This document shows positions 1 through 14,975 of a stretch of 64,000 bases of DNA, piece after piece. Source of the DNA: Octopus sinensis (Eukaryota). The stretch spans positions 1 through 64,000 of the forward strand of contig NW_021835954.1 in assembly GCF_006345805.1 (NCBI RefSeq). Direction: 5' to 3'. Under the pieces are notes generated by a model, which saw nothing but the letters and a program-made list of their open reading frames with translations, had not been told where the DNA came from and searched no databases. The stretch's first letter is position 1, and every line of letters starts with the position of its first letter. Both the position numbers and the translations under genes were made by a program.

Positions 1-751
1 ATATTCCTTCGTTGAAGAGACTTTCGTTACGTGGTGAGTTGAAGTGGAAAAATATATAATAATATATACGACGGGCTTCTTTCAGTTTCCGTCTACCAAA
101 TCCACTCACAAGGCTTTGGTCGGCCCGAGGCTATAATAGAAGACACTTGCCCAAGGTGCCACGCAGCGGGACTGAACCCGGAACCATGTGGTTGGTAAAC
201 AAGCTACTTACCACACAGCCACTCCTGCGCCTGTGTTTGCTAATTATTATTTCAAATTTTTGCAACAATGGGAGGAGGGGCTTGGAGGAGGTGGGAATGA
301 GTCGATTACATCGACCCATTGTTCAACTGGTACTTATTTTATCGACCCCCGAAAGGATGAAAGGCAAAGTCGACCTCGGCGGAATTTGAACTCAGAACGT
401 AGCGGCAGACGAAATACCAATTTCTTTACTACCCAAAAGGGGCTAAACACAGAGAGGACAAACAAGGACAGGCAAACGGATTAAGTCGATTATATCGACC
501 CCAGTGAGTAACTGGTACTTAATTTATCGACCCCGAAAGGATGAAAGGCAAAGTCGACCTCGGCGGAATTTGAACTCAGAACGTAACGGCAGACGAAATA
601 CAGCTATGCATTCCGCTCAGCGCGCTAACCATTCTACCAGTTCGCTTCTTTTCGCGCTTTGCTAACTATAGTTAGTTAGCAAACTGGGAAATTGGTGAAA
701 ATATTGCAATTTCGTATTATCATAAGGAGTTCTTAGTCCATGTTCGCATGT

Positions 752-789
<38 letters not shown>

Positions 790-854
790 TGTATGTGAGT
801 GCGTGTGTGTGTGTGTGTGTGTGTATGTGTGTGTGTGTGTGAGTGTGTGAGTGT

Positions 855-885
<31 letters not shown>

Positions 886-1425
886 CGCGTGTGTGTGTGT
901 GTGTGCGTGTGTGTGTGTGTGTGTGCATATATTGTATTTAATGCCGAGCAAACTATTTCTTTAGTTTCGGGAGAAATTTGAGGTTTCTTCAAGAACGTAA
1001 TGTAGAACATGCTTTACCAAAAATATTAGCATTCTGTTTTATTCCTGGATACAAATTTTACTGGCACCACTGATAAGGTGATAACGGAGAGAAAAGACCT
1101 GACATTCAATTGATCTATCTCTGTGTGTTTATGTATCCTCAGCCACATGCCATACCGAATTCCACTTTATCAACTCACCCTCATGCGCGCTCACTATGTT
1201 CCCTGCTTTTCACTCTCTCCCACCCCTTCTCTCCCCACTCTCTCCTACCCACTCTCTCTCCCTTGAGTCTTTACAAACAAACACATACATATATATACGC
1301 ATAAATACGTGTGCGTATATAAATGTATTTATCTGTATTTATTATAACATCTATATACATGTATATATGTGTTTATATATACATGATGTATATGCATATA
1401 TTATATATATGTACACATACATATG

Positions 1426-1472
<47 letters not shown>

Positions 1473-1550
1473 ATGTATGTATGTATGTATGTATGTATGT
1501 ATTATACAGATATATCCACAAAGAAATCGCTATCACGATACACAGGAACA

Positions 1551-1710
1551 CTGGCTGTGTGGTAAGTAGTTTGCTTACCAACCACATGGTTCTGGGTTCA
1601 GTTCCACTGCGTGGCACCTTGAGCAAGTATCTTCTCCTATAGCCTCGAGCTGACCAACCCTTTGTCAGTGGATTTTGGTTGACAGAAACTGATAGAAGCC
1701 CGTCGTATAT
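1551..1710 (+). mobile_element. tRNA-derived SINE family B (CORE/V-like centre). Copies at 66-222, 1837-2295, 2435-2610, 33320-33525, 43300-43680
   Basis: TGGCTGTGTGGTAAG A-box, GGTTCAGTCCC B-box, CACCTTGGGCAAGTGTCTT core. Confidence 0.85.
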
Positions 1711-1715
1711 GTATA

Positions 1716-1784
<69 letters not shown>

Positions 1785-1989
1785 CATAAATATACACACA
1801 CCCACACACATATATATATATATACACGACGTAGGAATGGCTGTGTGATAAGTAGCTTGCTTATGAACCACATGGTTCCCGGTTCAGTCCCACTGCGTGA
1901 CACCTTGGGCAAGTGTCTTCTACTATAGCCTCAGGCCGACCAAAGGCTTGTGAGTGGATTTGGTAGACGGAAACTGAAAGAAGCCCGTC

Positions 1990-2057
<68 letters not shown>

Positions 2058-2639
2058 TGGTATGTATGTATATGTGTGTGTGTCTGTGTTTCTCCCCCCC
2101 CCCCCGACATCGCTTGACAACCGATGCTGGTGCGTTTACGTCCCCGTAACATTAGCAGTTCGGTATAAGAGACCGATAGAAGAAGTACTAGGATTACAAA
2201 GAATAAGTCCTGGGGTCGATTTGCTCGACTAAAGGTGGTGCTCCAGCATGGCCACAGTCAAATGAATGAAACAAGTAAAAGAGTAAAAGAAAAGAATATA
2301 TATATATGTACTTATTCTATCGTTCTTTTATGACGAACCGTTAAGTTACGATGACGTAAACGTACCAACACCGGTTATCAAGCAATGCAGGGAGGACAAA
2401 CACAGTCACAAAGACATACATGCATATGCATATATACGACGGGCTTCTTTCAGTTTCCGTTTATCAAATCCACTCACAATGCTTTGGTCGGTCCGAGGCG
2501 CCATGCAGTGAGATTGAGTAAGGTCACCCTAGGTACCATGCAGTGGGACTGAACCCGGAATTATGCGGTTGGTAAGCAAGCTTCTTACCACACAACCACG
2601 CCTGCACCTACATATATGCATAGCAACCCGTCATCAGCG

Positions 2640-2905
2640 TGTGACAATCACCGGCTAGGGATGAGAAGTGATTTCGAACGCAAAATGCTATATGCTTTCT
2701 CCAGCCGGGAGAAACAGATGGGTCCGTGTGCATTACGTCAGGCTAGAGATGGGGACGATAATTTCCCTTCACAAATACTGATCGGGCACAGACAGTGTTT
2801 TGTCAGCCAGCTGGAAGAGATATCTTCTTGGGGCTATAAACAACAGTAGCATCGTCCCATATGGGTCAGCCATATTTAGGTGGCAAATATACTTCGCAAT
2901 GTCGT
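2640..2905. repeat. Unclassified ~250-bp dispersed repeat. Copies at ~41080-41297 and ~60650-60880
   Basis: Shared CAAATACT...AGCCAGCTGGA.....ATCT.C.TGGGGCTA.AAA...CAGTA block. Confidence 0.7.
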
Positions 2906-2939
2906 GCTGCTACTGCTTATATCTCGCTCAGAGATTTAT

Positions 2940-2972
<33 letters not shown>

Positions 2973-3086
2973 ACATATATATATATACATATACATATAT
3001 ATATATATGTATATATATGTACATATATATCATACATACATATATATATATTATATATATATATATATGTATGTATATTATATATG

Positions 3087-3165
<79 letters not shown>

Positions 3166-3169
3166 TGAG

Positions 3170-3790
3170 ATCAAAAGTGTACGTACGCCACTATATGTAT
3201 ATATAGAAAAACAAAACAAAAAGTGGAACAAGAACGTAACTGGCGACAACAAAATATCTGGACAGTTAGACGATGCAAAAAAAGGACAGGAAAAAACTAG
3301 GACTGATCATTCGGAGCTTTCTTTCGTCAGTCGAGTTCCAGTTTCGTTGCAGTTTCGGCCGGTTACATTCGAGACTGCTCCAATCTGGCCGCTCAAGAAA
3401 ATCTAAGTTAAGAGCACTAGGTTCTTTGGAAGAAAGCAAGCGAATGTTTACGAAAACAAAGACGAAAAAAAAACGGAGAAATGGTAGACAATTACAAATA
3501 CAAACAACAGGACATTAACAACAGGTGTCTTTCGACTAAGGACGATTTAAATTAAGCTGGCGTGTGTAGAAGTGAAGCCTTATTTCAGGAACATAAGAGA
3601 TGAAAGTCATGGACAGGAATATAAGAGATGCTACACGGATGGTAGTCGAACCAAGAAAGAATGGTCAGGCTTGGTGGAACATGTTTATATGTAGGTGTGT
3701 GTGTAGGCTTGGTCTGATCTTTTCAATGGCCTCCTTTAATCTATTCTAACTATAATTCATACTTTCATGGTACTCCTTATATATTTTTTA
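3170..3790 (-). mobile_element. Penelope-like element 3' remnant
   Basis: Minus-strand RLKEAIEKIRPSLH resembles the GIY-YIG C-terminal R...EA..I....P.LN motif; T-rich downstream UTR. Confidence 0.45.
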
Positions 3791-5104
3791 TGTTTATATT
3801 CTTATATTTCTATATTCTTGTCATTTATGTCTTAATATAAATATGTGGTTATATGAATGGAATAATATCTCATGTCAGACATCTGAATTATGAATTTGCT
3901 TGTCTGAATGCTTAAGACAAATATCTGAAATTTTTATCTCAAACCAAATTTTATTAATCTTTAGCTCATATACGAGCGAAAAAAAACAAAAAACAATTAT
4001 ACTATATACTGGAGCTTTATCGCCATTCAAATTTTCGTGTGTGTGTATGTGTATACGTATTTTTGTGTTCAAATTTTCGTGTGTGTGTATGTGTATACGT
4101 ATATATGTGTGTGCGTGTGAATATATAGATATATATATATACACACACACATGCATACGTATACATATATATTTGTAGTTTAATATATGGATTCACAGGA
4201 TCATGTAGCTATCACGGAAAGCTCCTCCAGCGGGCCTGTGTAGCAGACCATATATTAATTCAATATGGGGGAGTAAAATGCAGAGCTTTATGCAGCTGAA
4301 ATCCAGTACGTCTGATCGATGAAATTATGTCATGAGGGGTATATAAACAATAAAATGTCAGGAGGAATGAGAGATTAATATATTTTTTTTAACCGCTTAT
4401 CATCCTTAGGGTTACAGCTGTTTCGCAGCCTTCATCATGTAATAACAATTTCAGCGTACAATAAAAATTATTTTACATGTCTGCATTAATATGAATGCTA
4501 CGCATTATACAAATACAATTGTATATTTACAAATTAGTGCAGATAAAGAAAGCTTGCTCATCAGACCACTAGGACATCACGGTTACACCAATACTTCGAC
4601 TCTGAGTCATAAAGTTGGTTTACTTTTTCTTCTTTTTGTTTTAATTTTCTATTTATTTATTTATTTATTTTTGTCGTGCAAATAAAGTAAGATATGAGAA
4701 ATAAGTGAAGAAAATTCAATAGAGAAGCGAACCTGCGTCTTTTACTCGACTGGGCAGGAATCTATCACCATTCTGCTCCGCTTGCGCACAGAATGCAATA
4801 GGAATTAAGCAGTAACAAAATGAAACAAATAAATAATAATATAGAAAACAAGAAACAAGAAAGGATATAAAAATAAAAAAAAACAAAAATATGATAATAA
4901 ACAAAGAAATATTTCGAAAAAAAAAACCCTAGTTTATACTGATTAAAACAACAAAAAGAATTAAAAAAAGACGATCTGTCGTGCAGCCAAAATATTTATC
5001 TATTAATAAACGAGGTGGATTATTGCGAGTTTTCCCATGAACCTTTTCAACTATATCATATCAAATGAACTGGTTATACGTATATAGTTATTATGTATAG
5101 GGCA

Positions 5105-5172
<68 letters not shown>

Positions 5173-5295
5173 ATGTATGCAACTATGCATGCATTTCTGT
5201 ATGTATGCACATATATGTGTGTGTGTGTGTGTGGATATATATATATATATTACATACGCACATATTTATATATATCTATTACATATGTACATATG

Positions 5296-5333
<38 letters not shown>

Positions 5334-5459
5334 CATATGCACATACACACACTCACACATATATATCCTCGTGTAATTATGAATATAGTATATTTGTTAG
5401 ATGTATATAGATGTATATGTCTACACACGCACACCCAGACAAGAATATATATATATATA

Positions 5460-5544
<85 letters not shown>

Positions 5545-5613
5545 TGTGTGTGTGCGTGTGTAATTATATAATTATATATATCACAACAGATATATAACTA
5601 ACTATACATGTAT

Positions 5614-5648
<35 letters not shown>

Positions 5649-6249
5649 TATTCGAGACAATATATATCTTTCGTTTGGTGGTGGTAGGGGTTATGTTTGT
5701 TGTGGTGGTCTATGTTTGTATATGTAAGAGTTTGTGTGTTTGTGGGTGTGTGAAAAGAGAGAGAGAGTGGGAGGAGAATTTGTAAGAGGGTGGTTGGAGT
5801 GAGAAAGGAGAGGGGTTTTCATAGAAATTTCTGTCTACTTAGAAAATTGATAAATAGGATGGAGAAAGTGGTTGGAATGGAAAAGAGGAAGAAAGAGGAG
5901 GGAGTGAGAGAGGTGAATAGTTAAGGTGAGGTGGGCATGGGAATGGCAAAGCAAGGTAGGTATAGGGGTCTTACAGGTAAGGATGGGAAAGGGGCGGTTA
6001 ACAAGCGGTGGGAAGTACCAAATATAAAAAAAATTAGAGCCAGCAAGGTAATGCATGTGCGCACTTGTGCTTGTATATGTATGTGTGCGTGTGTACACAC
6101 ACACACACATAAATACACACACAAACACATATAAATACACACACATCAGGTACACTGTTGGCCAAGCAAGGGTATAATTAACTGTCGTCAGTAGCCTTAA
6201 TCTCGTTGGTCTGGATGATGGTGGCTGGATAACATAGGAGTGGGCAGAC

Positions 6250-6284
<35 letters not shown>

Positions 6285-7047
6285 CGGGAGGAACGTTTAC
6301 TTACGAAATAATTCCAATTGTAGATGATGACGACGATGACGGCGATGATGATGTTGATGCTGCTGTTGCTGTTGAGCGAACGGTCTTCGTCCCAGAGCTC
6401 GCAAGATGGGAGAAGTCCGAAACGTGGTCCTTTGCTATTCGTAAGACCCGCAGAAGAGAAAGCAGGTCAACCCCCGACACCGAGAGCATCGACGGATTGA
6501 TGAATGTGCATCCAGGCTCAGCGGTTGCATAGGAAGTCGGGGACAAGAAACAGGAAGAAGGAGTGAGAGAAAGTTGGGGCGAAAGAGTACAACAGGGGTC
6601 GCCACCACCCCCTGCCGGAGCCTCGTGGAGATTTAGGTGTTTTCGCTCAATAAACACGCAACCAACGCCCGGTCTGGGAATCGAAACCGCGATCCTCCGA
6701 CCGCGAGTCCGCTGCCCTAACCATTGGGCCATTGCGCCTCCTGATGATGCTGTTGTAGTGAAAGTTGATGGTGTTGAGGCTTGTTTAACTCTAGGCCAAT
6801 TTTGATTGAGTATATTTAGCATCAAAGGTGTTTCTGTCGTGAACATCCCCTCTTAATTTCAGGACTACATCACCTAACAAATTCTTGCCCCACCCAACAC
6901 CTGCCCACGGTTTTTTGTTTTGTTTTGTTTTGTTTTTGAAGACAGTAAGATGTGATTTGAGGCACATTTCACTAATATTTCTAGCAAACTGAGCTACCAC
7001 ATAGTGTTACCATCGTTGGCTCGAAAGACTCCTAAGTGACAGCTCAT

Positions 7048-7083
<36 letters not shown>

Positions 7084-7384
7084 GAGTACTTGAATCGATG
7101 CGATCGACTGTCCCCCTCCCCACAATATTCAGGCCTTGTGCCTATAATAGAGAGGATTATTTTTAATATTAAGACAGCGGGCTGGTAAAATCGTTAGCAC
7201 GCCGGGCGAGATGCTTAGCAGTATTTCGTCTGTCGCCACGTTCTGAGTTCAAATTTCGCCGAGGTCGACTTGGCCTTTCATTCATTCGGGATCGATAAAT
7301 TAAGTACCAGTGAAACACTGGGGTCGATGTAATCAACTTATCCCATCCCCAATTTGGTTCCTCTTTTGGCAAAATTTGAAACCA

Positions 7385-7415
<31 letters not shown>

Positions 7416-7425
7416 ATTATTATTA

Positions 7426-7482
<57 letters not shown>

Positions 7483-7489
7483 TATTATT

Positions 7490-10400
7490 CAGTAGTTTTA
7501 TTTTTATAGCGTGCTTTCACTTCACTACCGAGCGCAGCTCTGTGTGCCATGGGTATGTGCTGTGATTTGTTGTGATGCTCTGATGGTTATTGTATGGAAA
7601 GTGTTCTGCGTAGGATGTGTGCAGTGCCTAGTAGTGCAATTTTCTGTATGTTATATGTGTTTGTAAGTCCTGGTGTTTTTGTTATGTATTTGTCTGAATA
7701 TTTTTTTATCATGCCTAATGCACCTACTATGATAGGAATTGTTTCTGTTTTCAGGTTCCACATTCTAGTTACCTCTATTTCCAGGTCTTTGTATTTTGAG
7801 AGTTTCTCCATTTCTTTTAGAGACACGTTGTCATCTGCCGGTATTGATACATCAATTAGAAAGCATCTTTTTTCTTCATGATCTCTGACAACTATATCTG
7901 GTCTGTTGGCCTTAATTCTCTATCTGTGTGTATCGGCATATCCCAGAGTATGGTTGCTTTCTCGTTTTCTGTGACCTTTTCTGGTGTGTGCCTATACCAT
8001 CTTTTTTCTGTTGTTATTCCATAATGATGGCATAGCTTCCAATGTATGTAGGTTCCAACTCTGTCATGTCTGTGAATATATTCCTTCTTAGCCAGGACTG
8101 GGCAGCTAGAGATAATATGATTTATTGTTTCTTGTCCATCTCCACATATTCTGCAGTTACTTGTAATATTTCTTTTCATTACATGTTTTTGGTAATTTCT
8201 GGTGGGGAGGCTTTGGTCTTGTGCTGCAATTAAAAATCCCTCTGTTTCTGCTTTGAGTCCTGAGCTTCTCAACCATTGCTGGGATTTTTCTTTGTCTATT
8301 TCTTTTGCGTTTAGTTTAGTGCAGTATTTACCATGAAGGGGCTTTTCTTGCCATCGTTTTATCATGGCTCGTTGCTGTTCTATTTTTAGTTTGGATTTCA
8401 TTTGTTTTATAGCTTTTGTTGTTTCTTCATCATCTTCTTCTTCTTTGTGTTTATTAGGTGGTATGATTTCTTGTTTGTATTTGTCAGCTTCCTTAAATAC
8501 TGAGAACAGTTTTTTGTTTTGCTCGTGTTTTGCTGCTATCTGGATCAGTTTTCCTTCCTTCTGAAGTAGGTATTTTTGCAGTCCTATGGTGGTTATTTTA
8601 TAGTAGTTTTCCAGCTGTATAAGGCCTCTACCACCTTCTATACGTTGTATATATAGTCTTTCTATGTCAGATTTTGGGTGATGCATCCTAGATCCTGTCA
8701 GTATTTTTCTTGTTTTCCTATCTATTTTGGACAGTTCATTTCGTGTCCAGTTAAGGATATTGTAGCTGTAACTTATAACTGGGACAGCTAAAGTGTTGAT
8801 ACCTATTATCTTGTTTTTAGCATTGAGCTCTGTTTTTAGTATTGATCTAACTCGTCTATAATATTCTTTTTTTATTTTCTCTTTCATTTGTGTGTGTTGT
8901 GTCTTATCTAGTTCATGGATTCCTAAGTATTTGTAAGTTTGGCTTTGGTCTAATTCTTTTATTTCATTGGTTTTATCTAGTGTGATGTTGTTACTCTTAA
9001 CTAGTTTTCCTCTTTTCATGGTTACTTTGGCGCATTTTTCTAATCCAAATTTCATATCTATTTCTTTGGTAAATCCATGAACTGTCTTTAATAGTGTTTC
9101 CAGCTGTTTGTCATTTGCAGCGTATAGTTTTAGGTCATCCATATATAAAAGGTGGCTGATCGTTTTGCCGTAACATTTATATCCGCATCCAGTTCTATTT
9201 AGCATATCAGATAGAGGTGACAGTGCCAAGCAGAAAAGGAGTGGAGAGAGCGTGTCTCCCTGGAATATTCCTCTTCTAATGGGGATGTCTTTGGTTTTCA
9301 TGAGTCCCTCTTTTGTTTGGAGGTGTAGGACTGTTTGCCATTTATTCATAGAGTGCTCTATGAATTTTATGATTGTTGGTGCTACTTTGTTAATGGCTAG
9401 TGTTTCGAGGATCCATGTGTGGGGGATGCTATCAAACGCCTTTTTGTAGTCAATCCAGGCCATACTGAGGCCTTTCTTCTTTCTGTGGCTGTCTTCAGTT
9501 ACGGCTTTATTAATCATTAGTTGATCTTTACAGCCATATGAGCCCTTGCGGCATCCTTTCTGCTCTTCTGGGAACAGTTTGTTTTCGTCCAGGTGCTTGT
9601 TCAGCCTTTGCGTTATCACTGCCGTAAATGCCTTGAACATAGTAGGGAGGCAGGTTATTGGTCTGTAGTTTTCTGGTTTTGTTGTTTCATTTGATTTGGG
9701 AATTAAGATGGTTTTCCCCTTCGTGAGCCATTCAGGCATTGTCTCTGGCTCTGCTAGTATGCTGTTAAAGTTTTCAGCCAGCTTTTTGTGCATTCCTGTT
9801 AGATATTTCAACCAGAAGTTGGGGATCTTGTCATGCCCAGGTGCCTTCCAGTTGCTTAGTTTTTGCAGTGCCTGGGTGACCTCTTCAGTTGTTATGGGGG
9901 TCCAAAGTTGTTCAGATGCCGAGTTTGTTATTTTCATACTCCTTTTTTTTGGCTGTTCGTTCGCCGACCATATTTCTTTCCAGAATTCTTCCAATTCTTC
10001 TGCCGTTGGTGCTGCAGTGACTTCTATTTTATTTTTGCCCAGTTCTTGGTAGAACTTTTTGAGGTCGGAGTTGAACTTTTTGTTCTGTTCAAAGAAGCGT
10101 TGGCGTTTCACGTACCGGCGGATCCTTTGAGCTTTGGCAAGGATATCTTGCTTCAGTTTTTCTTTTATCTCCGGCAAATCTTTTTCCGTGATGTTATATT
10201 TGCGGAGCATTTTTGTTCTCTTTTTGTTGCTCAGTAGCGTTGCTTGTTTGCTGATTTCATTAAGAATCGACAGGTCTTTTCTAATTTTTTAAATTTTGTT
10301 TTGGATGTTATTTATCCACAGGGTTTGTTTGGGTGGTGGTACTCCTGTTTGGGCGGGTTTGGGTGAGTATCCAGCTTCTTTTGTGGCTGCAGTGGCTGCT

Positions 10401-11494
10401 GCGTATATCAAGTCATTTAGTTCAGTGATATCACTTTTTTTTGTTTCAGTGGCTAGTTCAGTGACGGCTAGGTTATGTTGTTTATAATTGGTGTTGTTAT
10501 TGCGTTTATTTTTATTCTTGGGAGGTATGGTCGGTGGTCCATTTTGAGCTCTGTGGTTTTTAGTTCTTTGATTATTTTATTTTTTATATTATCATAATCA
10601 TTAGGCTCCCCTTCGTTGTTTACATCGTGTTTGTTGGGAATGTTGCGTTTGACTTCGTGTTTTACAGTTTCAGTGTTTATATTATTGGGCATTGTTGTGT
10701 GGCTTCTATCTACATTTTCCTGGTGTATTTTTTCTTTTAAATGTTCTATTTCTATTTCTGATATTTTTTTGGCTTTGAGAATGTATCTTCGTACGTTAGC
10801 TAATTTATTAGGGTTCATTGCTGTATCCAAGTCTATACCTCTATTATTTTCCTTCCATATTTTATATGTATGTGTTGTTGTATTTTCATTTTGTGGGTAG
10901 AGCATTGCTGTGAAGTATGCGTGTAAGATAGAAATGTATTCCTCACGTGTCCATTTACGTCTTTTGGGTTTTAATTGCGGGACATGAGGTACAAAGTCCG
11001 GCCCATTATTTTGACGGTCGTCATTTTCGTAGGGTACCGGTCCGTTTATTTCTGTTGTCACATTATTTCGCACGTGTAGTTTTTCGTACATTTTTTGTTG
11101 TAGGTTTAATGTACGTACCGCTCGATTGTTATTCTTGGGTTGAATAGTATCGGTGGCATTTAATTTCTTCGTAGTTCCTTTGTACATGGTGTTTGAGGTC
11201 GGGGATGATCGTGTTGTTCCACGCATGTTTACATGTGTTGCGTTAGAGGTGGAGATGATATCGAGTCAAAATACATCATTTCGTTTCGAAAATAGTAATA
11301 AATTTCAATTCGTATTACTTACTCGGATATAGTCCAATTCTTTGTTAGTAAATCTTTGGCTCCATAGGGTGTCCTTGTTTTCGATGTTTGTGGATAGATT
11401 TCGGAGCTCTGTATTTTCCTTCTTACATCTTAAACGTCCCCGGTGTCTTCTCTTAAACGTCCCCGGTGTCTTCCTCTTAAACGTCCCCGGTGTC

Positions 11495-11496
<2 letters not shown>
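7490..11496 (-). mobile_element. Near full-length R4/Dong-type non-LTR retrotransposon (RT + CCHC + restriction-like endonuclease) in a (TAA)n array
   Basis: One ORF broken by about 3 lesions. N-terminal KRRKWTREE (10468-11226), RT motifs, CCHC finger, RHD and C-terminal RLE region (PDIVVRD...KLSKYKDLEIEVTRMW, 7587-7900). (TTA)n flanks on both sides; AATAAA just before the 3' end. Confidence 0.9.
7892..10210 (-). CDS. Reverse transcriptase portion of the Dong/R4 ORF (772 aa uninterrupted)
   Basis: NWKAPGHD, NYRPITCL, WIDYKKAFDSIPH, GIFQGDTLSPLLF, LLYMDDLKLY, YKYLGI, CRICGDGQETINHIISSC, RHD. Confidence 0.9.
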   Translation of the reverse strand: MLRKYNITEKDLPEIKEKLKQDILAKAQRIRRYVKRQRFFEQNKKFNSDLKKFYQELGKNKIEVTAAPTAEELEEFWKEIWSANEQPKKRSMKITNSASEQLWTPITTEEVTQALQKLSNWKAPGHDKIPNFWLKYLTGMHKKLAENFNSILAEPETMPEWLTKGKTILIPKSNETTKPENYRPITCLPTMFKAFTAVITQRLNKHLDENKLFPEEQKGCRKGSYGCKDQLMINKAVTEDSHRKKKGLSMAWIDYKKAFDSIPHTWILETLAINKVAPTIIKFIEHSMNKWQTVLHLQTKEGLMKTKDIPIRRGIFQGDTLSPLLFCLALSPLSDMLNRTGCGYKCYGKTISHLLYMDDLKLYAANDKQLETLLKTVHGFTKEIDMKFGLEKCAKVTMKRGKLVKSNNITLDKTNEIKELDQSQTYKYLGIHELDKTQHTQMKEKIKKEYYRRVRSILKTELNAKNKIIGINTLAVPVISYSYNILNWTRNELSKIDRKTRKILTGSRMHHPKSDIERLYIQRIEGGRGLIQLENYYKITTIGLQKYLLQKEGKLIQIAAKHEQNKKLFSVFKEADKYKQEIIPPNKHKEEEDDEETTKAIKQMKSKLKIEQQRAMIKRWQEKPLHGKYCTKLNAKEIDKEKSQQWLRSSGLKAETEGFLIAAQDQSLPTRNYQKHVMKRNITSNCRICGDGQETINHIISSCPVLAKKEYIHRHDRVGTYIHWKLCHHYGITTEKRWYRHTPEKVTENEKATILWDMPIHTDRELRPTDQI

Positions 11497-11574
<78 letters not shown>

Positions 11575-11577
11575 TAT

Positions 11578-11700
11578 GGGTTTTTCTTCTTCTTTCAAAT
11601 TTGCTTCCATTTCTTGCCGAGTGTCTTCCCGACTCCTAGGGCAAAGAAACTCATAGTATACATTGGTAGGCCATTAAACTAAACTCACTAGTTCGTTCAT
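11578..11700 (-). mobile_element. Probable 3'-UTR-only remnant of another TAA-tailed LINE
   Basis: About 120-bp island between two (TTA)n arrays, ending A-rich into AATAATAAT on the minus strand. Family assignment is inferred. Confidence 0.35.
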
Positions 11701-11723
11701 TTATTATTGTTATTATTATTATT

Positions 11724-12279
11724 GAGTGAGAGAGCAGTTCATGCCATCAAAGTGACACTGGGGTAAAAATATACGAAGCCCAATATACCCATCATGACTA
11801 CCCGTCTGATAAAGGTACACCAGGCACATGCATCACAACCATATGTGCGCGACATGGTGATCTCATATCAAGATAAACAGCACATGACCTTGCAGGTGGG
11901 GCCCAGTTAGAATTTTCTTCAGGTTGAGTAGCCCATCCCGCTCAAACGGTCCCTGAATAAGGGTTATTTAAGGATGTTGAAAGGACCACCCATGTTTCCA
12001 GAGGTGAACTATTCAAACCCCAAAGAATCCCTCTCAACACATGGCTATGATGCTCCCCCACTACTTCTGCTCGTGATCAGAGATGCACATATCGTCAGCC
12101 ACTAAGGGACATGCTCAACTGGTTAAGGTCAAACAACTGACAAGCAAATCTGTGGTATTGAGCAGAATATTTGCTGTAGCCCATCTTTTATACTAAGACA
12201 AAACAATGTACATGATAACACTTCCAATCAGTTAAGATCAGAAGCCATGAGAGCCACTGCCTGGTACTGCATCAGGGCA

Positions 12280-12280
<1 letters not shown>
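11724..12280 (-). mobile_element. Unclassified ~557-bp non-coding element with (AAT)n tail, copy 1
   Basis: Bounded by (TTA)n on both sides; homologous to 13767-14221 in the opposite orientation. Confidence 0.7.
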
Positions 12281-12361
<81 letters not shown>

Positions 12362-12499
12362 GTTAGTATTGTTGCTGTTGTTATTAGTGAAGTGCAATTG
12401 AGCAGACATGTGATCCGTGATATTCCTACCATAATACCACATTTTACTTTCAGTCAATGAATGTATCAACGATAACACAATCCAATATGTCCCTCGTTA

Positions 12500-13761
<1,262 letters not shown>

Positions 13762-13766
13762 TCGTG

Positions 13767-14221
13767 TAAAAGATGAGCTACAGCAAATATTCTGCTCAAT
13801 ACCACAGATTTGCTTGTCAGTTGCTTGACCCCTGTACTTTAGTGGCTGACAATATGTGCATCTTTGATCACGAGCAAAATTAGTGGAGGAGCATCATAGC
13901 CGTGTGTTGAGAGGAATTCTTTGGGGTCTGAATAATTCACCCCTGGAAACATGGCTGTTTTGTTCATTATCCTTAAACAAACCTTAATCAGGGACCTTTT
14001 GAATGGGATGGTCTATTAGACCTGAAGAAAACTCTAACTGGGCCCCACCTGCAAGGTCATGCGCTGTTTATCTTGATATAAGATCACTATGTTGCGCACC
14101 TATGGTTGTGATCCTTGTGCTTGGTGTACTCTTATCAGACGGGTAGTCACAGATGGGTATATTGCGCTTTGTATATTTGTATTTCAGTGTCATTTTGACG
14201 GCATGCACTGCACTTCCACTC
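13767..14221 (+). mobile_element. Same unclassified element, copy 2 (5'-truncated, (GAT)n tail)
   Basis: Colinear with the reverse complement of 11724-12195. Preceded by (TAA)n(TAG)n; ends CACTC then AATGATGAT. Confidence 0.7.
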
Positions 14222-14289
14222 AATGATGATGATGATGAGGAGGAGGATGGGGATGATGAGGATGATGATGAGGATGATGATGATGATGT

Positions 14290-14975
14290 ATCAGTAAAAT
14301 GTAGAGACTGTGGAACTTGGAACGAGACAGTAGCATGCATTGTGGAAGAATGCCCAAAGTTGGCACAGGAAGAATATAAGAAATGGAGGTACGACCAAGC
14401 TGTAAAAGTTTTACACTGTAAATGTGCCAGAAATGAGGATTTGAAGCTGGAAATACATGGTACAACCATCGAGTCGAAAGAGTTCTAGAGTCGGAGAAAT
14501 GTAAAGTTTTGTGGGACTTTCCAGTTCAAACGGACAAGAAATTAGAAAACAATAGACCCAATATTACAATCATAGATGAGGAAAAGCGAAGTTGCTTACT
14601 TATCGACCCATCATGCCCATTTGATTCCAGGATCACAAAGAAAGAGTAAGAAAAACAAAAGCAATACAATCCCCTAAAATTTGAAATAGGAAGAATTTGG
14701 AGCATGCGAGCAGTAACGGTCAGACCTATAATAATTGGTGCGTTGGGGACAGTAAACCAAGACATAGACAAATAGCTGAGGGAGATTGAAATAGAATGCC
14801 CGGTGGAGCACCTACAGAAAGTTTGTCTCTTAGGGGCAGCAAGGATTATCAGGTAAGTCCTAAGCACTTGAAAGACTGCTAAAAACTTGTGGATACCGAA
14901 GGTTACAGGTAGTAACCCGCTACCCACATAATCCCTACAAGGATTAAGACCGAATCTGAAACAAACCCAAATAAT
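14290..14975 (+). mobile_element. 5'-truncated Dong/R4-type LINE 3' end (CCHC + RLE), second subfamily
   Basis: KCRDCGTWNETVACIVEECP, VLWDFPVQTD...RPNITIID, PIIIGALG, LQKVCLLGAARII (frameshifted); ends in AATAATAAT. Confidence 0.8.

Noticed and set aside
3295-4445. Two further hammerhead-like motifs on the minus strand (~3300-3335 and ~4410-4442)
   Set aside because: Core or stems are broken (GAAUG instead of GAAAC; C3 mutated and stem II collapsed); at most decayed Penelope-type remnants.
11330-11496. HDV-like ribozyme at the 5' end of the Dong element
   Set aside because: No P3/L3 UCCUCG-type loop or nested double pseudoknot could be assembled by eye.
14153-14488. ORF resembling a secreted acidic, cysteine-rich peptide (hydrophobic start, poly-Asp, several Cys)
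   Set aside because: It is a chimera: the hydrophobic part is the unclassified repeat's 3' end, the acidic run is its (GAT)n tail, and the Cys region is the zinc finger of a Dong-type LINE fragment.
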